Shown piece after piece: positions 1 through 64,000 of a DNA stretch of 64,000 nucleotides (position 1 is the stretch's first letter; every line of letters begins with the position of its first letter). The position numbers were made by a program, and so were the translations under genes. Under the pieces are notes generated by a model that ran no database searches, was not told where the DNA came from, and saw only the letters and a list, made by a program, of their open reading frames with translations. The stretch lies in assembly GCA_030141605.1 (NCBI GenBank), contig JAQGDQ010000126.1:248001-312000 (forward strand). The letters are read 5' to 3'. This stretch comes from Tubiluchus corallicola. Lineage: Eukaryota > Animalia > Priapulida.

Positions 1-139
1 CCATACTATCAAATCGTAGCCTACAAGAAACTTCACAGAAAACATGAATGTGAATTATGCGTTGATGTTAAAGATCAAGCTACAGTAACGATAAAAGAAG
101 CGCCGAGAAAACAAGCGAGAGAGAAATATTATATATATA

Positions 140-860
140 ACCTGGTAATTACTTCTTGTTCACCATATTCATCAATGTGTATCGGCACCCACGGTTTTCG
201 TACTGTGAGGCCCCTTATATGTTGTCTGTGTACCTTCATTCTTGTACTCAGTGTGGAGATAATTTCGTCTACATTGTGTTCTCCTCATGTGACATCAGAA
301 CAACGTGTAGTACAGTTTAAATTCCCTTTAATTACAAAAATCGCCTTTCTTGACTTTACAACAAAAGGTTTACATTCGCATTGCGATTGCAAGTAGCACA
401 ACTTGGTTTTTTAAGACACTTTTTAACTCCAGCCTCATTTGGAAATCTTTATTCCGACTTTGACAGAAATTTCCTTAAATTATGAGGTTGACGTCATTAA
501 CTTGAAAATAAGATAGTGCTCTTCTTGCGATTACTTCTTCTTTTGTGATTAGGGGGTTGACGTTTACGACCCAGCAATTTGGTTTCTCTCATGATTCTCC
601 CCTGTTTCTCACTGCTGTTCATAGGAAGACTATTCTGGATAATGCGGAATGTGTTTATATTGTTAAGGTTGTATGTGCATTACGAAAATTAACTCGTTTT
701 GCTCTGGAAATTTTGTTTTTTCTTTAAGTAATTCCTCCTCATCTTGTGATAAAGCTGTCACTTTACCATTGAAAATCATTTCTACTGCATATGAGTAATT
801 CTGTTTAATGAGGTATTCGCACAACCTGGTCGAGACACATTGATGTGGCAAACAGGACTT
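140..860 (-). mobile_element. Degraded Penelope-like retroelement remnant (post-RT linker, Cys-rich segment, GIY-YIG endonuclease)
   Basis: Manual minus-strand translation across frameshifts/stops gives LCEYLIKQNYS..LIFVMHIQP*, RKRQPPNHK, GVKKCLKKPSCATC and FVIKGNLNCTT..*GEHNVDE..TLSTRMKVHRQHIR..HID. This follows the order of PLE (Neptune-like) linker and GIY-YIG motifs. Confidence 0.7.
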
Positions 861-2035
861 TAATGCAATACCTTTTTTCCAGGTTTTTCTAGAGCAAATG
901 CTGAGAACTACAGAAATGTAATAGAGGAGAATTCATAAAATCTTATGAGGCCACAATTAAACCTCAAAATTAAACAGCTGAAAAATAGTTTTCTCAAGGA
1001 TAGATGGCAGCACTGCCTTGATAAACTGCATACTCATTGTATCTGACCAGTGTTGCCAAATAAAATGAAAGCTGTGTGTAAACATTTAATTGTATTTATC
1101 ATGGAGATCATATATAAGTAAGCTTGATTAGGTAGTCATCAAAGTAGCAACAACATGTAACAACAACATCCAGATGAGTAGCGATTTGAGTTGATGCGGA
1201 ATGAGCTTCAACCAAAAACTGGACTTAATAATGAATAAAATTGTTTTAACAACCACAAGAGAAGTGTTTGAAAGTACTTTTGTCCGGCAAAAATTTCTTG
1301 CATATGTGATCGGCAAATTCAATTTCGACCAGGAAAGAACATTTCGCCCCGACCGACTTTGATTTTGGGTGTCACAACACAATACAAGTGATAAAGTTTC
1401 TGTTGCAATTAGCTTCGTCATGTTTGTTTTTTTCCGTAGCTATTAGCTAAGAAAACTTTTAATGCTACGCAGTGAAGTTACTGCGAGCGCGATATTTATT
1501 TTAGCTAAAACAATTCATATTCGTAATGAAATAGAAAAAAGAACTATGGTAAATGGTAAAATGGTAAAAAATCAATAATATTGTGTTTAATTAAATTTGA
1601 GTATTTTGCATGTTTGGGTAGGATGTCATAATCATCTTGAGAACTTCTTGAGGTTTTGTCGATTAACTTTGGTCATTAACAACGTTACAATGCATGTGCA
1701 TGGTTTTCTAGTTTGAGACGAGTTTTTTTAGTTGAAAAGTCTCAACTAAAAATTCAGTAAAATTCAGGAAATGTGATTTTACTTCAAACTTCTTACTTCA
1801 ATTTCATTTGAATGATGTCTAAAATATTCGATTTCAAAAGTAAATTTTCAAAATTTTCACGGTTTGGGATGGGGACACCCCTTGCTCATTCGGGGCTTCG
1901 TTCCTCGCACACCAACCGGTCGTGTAGTACTTCAATTTTGCTTCCGTTGCGGTTGTAGTAAATTTCCGCAGGAATGCGCCGAGACGGTTTATTATACGCC
2001 TACAAGAGCACTGACGCTTATTTGCGTGAGTCTTT

Positions 2036-18565
<16,530 letters not shown>

Positions 18566-20331
18566 TATAATACGGGATAGGGACTGGCGCGTGAGGAAGA
18601 AACCCCTTCTAGTTGCTACGCAGTTCCATTCCAACGGGCGTTGCTCTACCTAAGTAGTTCTCTTTTCAAGGGATTTTATTGTTCAGTGCCCATATCTTCG
18701 ATAATGAAACATTATACCTAAGTAACCTAAGTGTGGATTTTTAAAAATTTAAAATTGTTTTTGCTCATGTGTGGGTATGGGGGACATAAGTGTGAATTTT
18801 TAAAAATTTAAAATACGTTGGGCAAAGAGAACCGCAGTTATGCTATTTAATCTCGAACACCTTACACTACATAGAGCATCTGCATTTGCGGTACAATATA
18901 CTGGGGTATAGTAAATGCGTTATACGCAGAACTGGACTGTTCACGGTACCAATAACAATAACAATAGCAGTAACAGTAACAGCAACATCAACAGCAGTCC
19001 CAGCAACAAAAGAAGTGAATGTAGCAGCAACGATAGTAGCAATACCAGCAGTAACAGCAGGAGTGGTACCAACTGGGCAAATATTATTTCTAGATATGTG
19101 GAGATGAAATTCGTTTTACTTTATACTCCTGATAGGTTAGGCACAGATCCCTATGTCCCATGACCCGCAACTCATCGTGCCTTTATTCAGTCATAGATTC
19201 AATTGTTCACAGAATCCATCATTGATTCACACGATCATCTTATTATTCCTTTGTAAATCCCGCCAACGTCAGGGCATTCACGAAGTTGTCTAAACAAGGC
19301 AAAATGCTTGGCAAAAATTACATAAAATTAAATTATTTTATCACATCGAAAGGGTTTTGGAGCTCTGTAAGTTTGAATTCAGCATTCATCGAAAGAATTC
19401 ACTAACTAATGTAGGACTGACTAATGTAGTTAATTACACCTATCTAGAATAATCCTCTTAGAAACGACAATGAATCAACGCCTTGTTCAGGTGCGCATGC
19501 GTCTTTCATTAATGAGGTATACAGGCAGAGACAGTATGACAGGCAAAACTACCCAGATGCAATTTTCCTTTCCATCAATTTACTGTCTAATAGCTAAGCC
19601 TTGGCTGATAAAACATGTGTGTCACACTGTTTTCTTCTTCCTAAACGACAAAAATAAACCGCAAATAGGTATTCCTAAGAAAAATACGTTATTTTATTAT
19701 CTAACATTACCTAATATAATCACATTAAATTTACCAGTTGTGTATGTAACATTTGGCATCGTTAATCAACTATGACATGTATGCTGTTCATGAACTGCTT
19801 ATTTACTTATTTACATAACATCATTAATAAATCAGCATCTCATTTTGAATGAAAACACAGACTCGGACTCTAAGTTTATGTCTATAATGTAATTAATGGA
19901 AGTTACAATAAATATACGAATCCGATTTTTCCATTACAGTTGTGTACAAGTATTTAAGATTATACCTTCGTAATTATATTACAATATACACTTAATTTTG
20001 GTGCACAGTCCTGACAATATGTAATGTGTGTAACTGGCATGCAACCCATCGTATCTATGACATTTAATAGTCTCTCTAGTCACTGCGTTTATTGCTGCCT
20101 GCATATGTAGGACAATAAAGCATAATGCTATCAACTGATAACGCCTTGAGGCTTCTTTGAAACTTAGAGAGAGGGGGGATTTGACCATCCTTTTCTCATG
20201 GGCACCTTTTCTTGATTGCGATGATGTACAACCACATAACAATTTCTCTTACCTGGGTTACACACCAAGGGCGATCTAGCTTAACATATTTACAATAAAT
20301 AAAAAGCGATTTTTGAAAAAAGAGAAAAATA

Positions 20332-58624
<38,293 letters not shown>

Positions 58625-59682
58625 TATGGTTTCAGTTATTTTTGTCTGACTGTGGTTCACTGTTTGTGAAAAAGTTTATTGCATAGTTGGAAAAGTTTAT
58701 TACGTAGTTGCGTTGACGTGATTTAGTACAATGCTGCATTCATCTTCCAATGCTGCACAACTTGATAAGATTGCAAATAAACAGAGGATTAGATAAGCGC
58801 TGCAACAGTGATCTAAGCGTGAAGCCAGATTAACTGCTGAATTAGCTGTTGGCACTTTTTCAGTTTAATCAGCAGTCACAATACACAAGTTAAAAAAAGA
58901 TGCCAGATATTCGAACTTTTTGAAAGCTGAAAAGCTTGTTGTTCACATAAACTGTCATTTTATTGGCATCATTTACGCTACCGTTTAAATAATTTAATGC
59001 GTATCTAAACAATTACACAGTAACAAGTCACGGTACTGTCGGCAATAAGTAGTCGTTTTGTACATTATCTAGTTATTTTATGATCACACAATAATATGCA
59101 GACGACAACTATTATTAGGCCCAAAAATGAAGGCCTGCCATGTTTCAGTTTCACCAGCTATTAAATGACTAACACGACACATTAACCATAAAGCAAACTT
59201 TCCATCACCTGTACAATTTTTTAGAACGAACAGTTTTCTTAATTAAGTACTTGAATAATTATATAGTGATAAAGACAAACTCGCTATGAAGCCCGTGAAC
59301 GTTCGGCGAATCTTTGGTCTTGTGCAACTAACGCAACAACCAAGAAAGAAGGTTGCGCTGATCACTAATCGATATACTTTCAACGCAGTGAAAATCTGGA
59401 ATAGAGTACTTTTCTACAAGGAGAATAGCTTGAGTGGGATTTTAGTGATGTTTATCTCTTGTGGGAATTGAATTTTTTATGAAAGCCATATTAAATCATA
59501 CTTGCAATTCCGTCTTTATGCTTGCAAGTTTGTTAATGGCTGCTTCGGTATTCGCATGCGCGCCTATAAAACTGTTTAGAAAAGGATATAAAGTTGATAA
59601 AACACCAAGGTTGTAGCTAGTTTTTGAAACATGCCATTACTGACATATTATTTTTCTCGAGTTTGTTATAAAATGCTCCAGC

Positions 59683-59880
59683 GAGAGTTTAGCCCGTTAC
59701 ACAACTGCCTACCTCTCCTAGTACCAGATGACATGTACTCAGTTAAGACTAAGTAGGTCTGGAAGAGGATAAAGTCATGTTCAAGCTGTGAATACCTCGA
59801 AAAATCGCGACATGAGTGGGATTTGAACTAAGAACTTCTGGATGGCAACGAAGTGCCGTAAACACTCGACCACCGCGCCT
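59683..59880 (-). mobile_element. tRNA-derived SINE
   Basis: Minus strand: ggcgcggtggtcgagtgttta (A box) ... agttcaaatccc (B box), then a non-tRNA body with a CORE-like cttgaacatgacttt motif. Confidence 0.65.
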
Positions 59881-62036
59881 TCCACTGAAAGCTTGAATGC
59901 TATTAAAATAACGAATTGCTACATTTTTATGGCTATTAAAATAATTTCATAATAATCATAATTTATTGGTTGAAAACATATTTACAAGAGCACAAGGTCA
60001 TTAAAATACCAAATTCAGATACAAGAACAAGAACACAAAACAAGAGGAACACGAAACCATAAACCATAAATGCCATAAATTTTTATGTGTTCAAGGGCTA
60101 ATGAGGGTTTGCCTTGTGTATTTATATCTAGATATTTTGATGTAGTTTGGCACTCTGCAAATTGTAATTTATGCACTCATTTGCAGGGCTTCTTAATGTA
60201 GGCGATTGTATAGTGTGTGCTCATTATCAAGGTTAATCCTTTATGATAAGACACTGAAATAGTAAAGGCGTTTCAGTTACATTTCTCTAACGAGGTGCCC
60301 TATAGAAGTGTTTGTAATTGTACCTGCCGGTTCCATAACATTATTTGTCTCATTTCAGTATTGCCCGACATGTAGAAATGGTAGAAGGCAAAAACCAGAT
60401 AAAAGGCTATTTAGAAAAAAATATAAACATGATAAAAACAAGAGTGGTGCAACTAGTTTCCTAACATAAACGAACAAACTGTCGCGGTAGACAATTGTCT
60501 TATCCTAGGATGCTCCTCCATTGTGAGCAAAAGGAATAACCGCTGTCCCAGGCCCACTGCTCTTTCTCATTTTGAGCACTTTTACCCACGAAATTACTGA
60601 ACTCAGGCTCACTGAGCTTGTTACACTTACTTAAACAATTTAATTCTTCAGGATATTCCACAGGATATTCACTTTGAGCAACTCTTAGCGACATCATGAG
60701 CTTTTAAAAACTTGCATGGTATAAGAATGGAGTAAGCGTATTTTCCGTGGTAGTAATAAATGGGTTGTAGGTATAAATAATGCGGATATGCCATTAACTA
60801 TACTGTTTTTATGACTTGTTGGCCTTTACACTGAAGACGGTAACGTCTTAACGTTCTCAAAGTCATCAATATTTTACGCGTTTCATTAGTAATTTCTTCC
60901 GCAGAGAGTATCATTAAGGCAGTAAACACCTTGCTAGCTGTGTTCAAATATTAATGCTGTTCCCTGCTGCTGATTACTTTGTTCCAGTAGAGGCAATAAT
61001 TAAGTGCGTTGATGGATTCGTACTGTAATTACACGAATACGCGTGCTCTTGCACTACCACATTAAGAAACAAAAGCGGAAATGACTACAAAATTGAAACG
61101 TCACCTATAATTACAGTATTTTCAATTTTTAATCTTTACCTTTAGTTAGGAATTTGTCATGTCGCAAATAACACACAAGCAAAGATTGTCATTAAAAATT
61201 AAAATTTATAGAAACAATAAAGGATCGCATATAGATAACAATAACTAGGATTACTATTACCAATAACAGCAGTATTGGTAGCGGCGGCGACGACAGTAGC
61301 AACGACAGTAGCAACTTGGGCGGAAGCCAATTTTGTATAATATTGACTGTCTTTGTAATAGGCTTTGCTGCCGTCTATTGGGTAAAAATGAAACTGAAAT
61401 CGTAACTTCTGGTAACAATTCAATGTGTTCCAAATTTCAGTAATTTTTAAACGCATGTTTAAACTAAAAAGTTCGAAAGCTTTAACTCATTGAACATTAT
61501 TAAATGTATAATTTAATACTTTCTGTATTATAATACTTAATACTTATTGTAATATAATTACATACACTTTATTGAACGGATACATTACTCCTATTATGCT
61601 ACTGTTTTAAGATGCGACAAAAATTCCTGTTCAGTCATGTTAACGAATTTGCCATTAAGTCATTTCTGCGTAGAGGCTCAATTACACACAGTTGTTTTAT
61701 TGCGTTTAAGGTTTTTGAACATTGTTTATAGAATAGCATTTAGTGAATAATGCGTACTGTCGGTCAACTAATAATCATTTGTTCAAACTATTTACTCAGT
61801 AATGAATTGGAGTTAGCCTTTACACTTTTATTTATCTGAAAATTTATTGCGTAAACGTTTACAGTAAGAACAGCCTGATGCTAAATTGTTCGCTTTTCTC
61901 ACATACTAACTGTTTTCTCACATCGCATCTGTTTATGTGGCACAGCCGGTAATTCTGCAGCTACTGCAGTGGCAACCCAGTATATTTTCTTTTGACGCTA
62001 AATTGATTGCGATGAAAGATAACCTAATTTACTTAC

Positions 62037-62250
62037 ATTTCAGTTGGTTTTTGAGTTTGTGTGTGTGGTTTTTCATGTGTCTGCAATTTTCACGTTAGTT
62101 ATTTAATTGCAGTTTTTAGACAGTTAGCGGTAACGTTTTGCAAAATTAACATCAAGGTCTAGCGTGTTGGAAGCTCGCCTAGCTGCGCCTCTACTAGCAC
62201 CTGTGCGGCTGTGTCCCCCACACTCGCCTGCGTCGGTGTCGATTATATAA
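62037..62250 (-). promoter_or_regulatory. Candidate TATA promoter and non-coding first exon of the Ig-domain gene
   Basis: Minus strand: TATATAA at 62249-62243 precedes a local GC/CpG-rich patch (62160-62240); a perfect gtaagt donor follows at 62036. Inference only. Confidence 0.35.
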
Positions 62251-64000
62251 AGCTGTACCTCCTTTGGGGTAATAACAGTTATCGGACAGTTATAGGTAAT
62301 ATTTACAACTCATTACGTAGATGTAGAACAAAGGAAGCAAGACGTAAATAAAATGGGTTAAAAATGAGTATCGTAATTAGTAAATAAATGTAGTTTTCTT
62401 CCTGCAGCAAATAAAACAAACTGTAGCGTGGATTTTTCAGCAATTACACCCAGCTAGAGTTAAGCTTCTTTTTACGATTCAGCTGTCAGAGTTTTAAGAG
62501 GCAATATACATTGAAGTGAAATAACTTACTAGATGCTTAGGGCTTGTGTTACCCATTTAATGTTTTTTAGTTCTGCTTGTTTAGCTTAACTGACGTGAAG
62601 GCGAATGGAGTGCTTTGTAGTTATTAATGTTAAAAATAAACTTAAACTTCAGAATTCTTGTTCATATATATACGTATGCACTTTTTGATGACTGAATCAG
62701 TTACAATGACTTTCTAAAGCTTTTTTAGTGTACTATACACGCGTTTATCACTCTTGCGAAGAAAATCTGTGCACAAAAATGATTATAAGAGTGATTGTGA
62801 CATTCCTAATTTTAGGAGAAATAATTAATCTGTTTTCAGACGCTAATACAGGTAAGAGCTAAAGACGTCACTAATTTTCCACAAATTCCGCGAACATTTG
62901 ACCGACAGGAAGCAGTGGAATTGACTCAACATTTTCTCTTGATGGCACGAATTACATGGTTTTGAAAGGTGGCACACCAAATCTGTTATAGCCAGTAATT
63001 GTGCTCCTTTAGTAAAATCATAGCCAGATGCAATTTTAAAGATGACCATAGCTCTTATTCTTGAGCAAAGGCATGCAAATCTTTTAAGTCAATTATGCAA
63101 TGTTGTGCGTAATAATAAGCAGTGAACAGTAATTAGTTTGCGTCATGCTCCATGCATGTGAAGGCTCTCAGTAATAACGAACAAATAAAATCTGTAAATC
63201 TGACACAGTTAAAATGAGGAATTGTACTGCACGAAAGCAGTAATTTAGTTGTGGGAGCAATGATATAACCTGGGTATAAAGAAACAATTATCTAGTAATT
63301 TGAATAAGTGATGACATCTCAAGGTTATGGGATTAAGAAAGGACTATCACATGAACAATTGAAGAAGAAAACGATTATGTCCTAATTAGATTGTTTTGGT
63401 GTGGTTCTCCAACGCAATTTTCCATGGAGTACATGAAAACTCAGCCATTTTTTATTTGTATTAAATCTAGTTTACTTAGCGCTTTCATTTGCATTAGCAT
63501 GGCAGTTTTGGTTTGTTATAGTGCGTAGTTCTCTAGTGTAACACTTTTGGTCCAAGATCTCAAAATTGCTCAAGGTTGGCGTAGGGCCACCCTCAATATT
63601 CTTAACGAGGACCATCAGAAGATCATAAAACCACCGAGAGAAAAACTTACACGGAAAAAGCAAGGTTCACCTCACCGGCTGTCGGACTAGTGCTACTGTT
63701 ACAAAAAACAACTTGGCAGAAATATTTTTTAGGACCTGGAATGCAATGATTATTGGTATTTGGTAACTGACCAATTAACAAAACACTAGGCGTCTCCTCG
63801 TCGGTCACCTTACCAATATCACTTCTCTAGCACAATAAAAGCTTGTAAGCTTCACTGAAATACATCTTGTATGCAATGAGCTTGTGTAACAGGCAACTCA
63901 CTATGAGGTCCTCGATATAAAACTATTACAAAAATGCAAAAAGTCGTCACTATAATATAAAGTATCAAGACTTTTTATTTATTTTTATTGCACGCACAAG

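Noticed and set aside
1-396. Open + frame including ORF 175..396
   Set aside because: No recognisable domain; largely antisense to the Penelope-like remnant.

Overview
AT-rich, intron-rich eukaryotic (probably invertebrate animal) genomic DNA; no prokaryotic features. I hand-assembled two convergent multi-exon genes with consistent splice phases. (1) On +, a 10-exon SLC1/excitatory amino-acid transporter family gene (CDS 2036-18565, about 472 aa). Its substrate-binding TM8 residues are intact but several ion-coupling motifs are atypical (NMNGT instead of NMDGT, IFV instead of LYE, IDSS in HP1). (2) On -, a 10-exon lachesin/DIP/IgLON-like three-Ig-domain, probably GPI-anchored adhesion gene (CDS 58624-20332, about 417-423 aa). 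It has a 21.4-kb first coding intron and probably one GC-AG intron. Introns and flanks carry a near full-length frameshifted RTE LINE, two Penelope-like GIY-YIG remnants (one with inverted pLTR-like repeats and degenerate hammerhead cores), tRNA-derived SINEs, hAT/Tc1/Harbinger/Helitron-type non-autonomous elements and many microsatellites. I found no clear new multi-gene system. The most interesting signal is the divergent ion-coupling chemistry of the SLC1 transporter. All homology calls come from motif recognition, not database searches.
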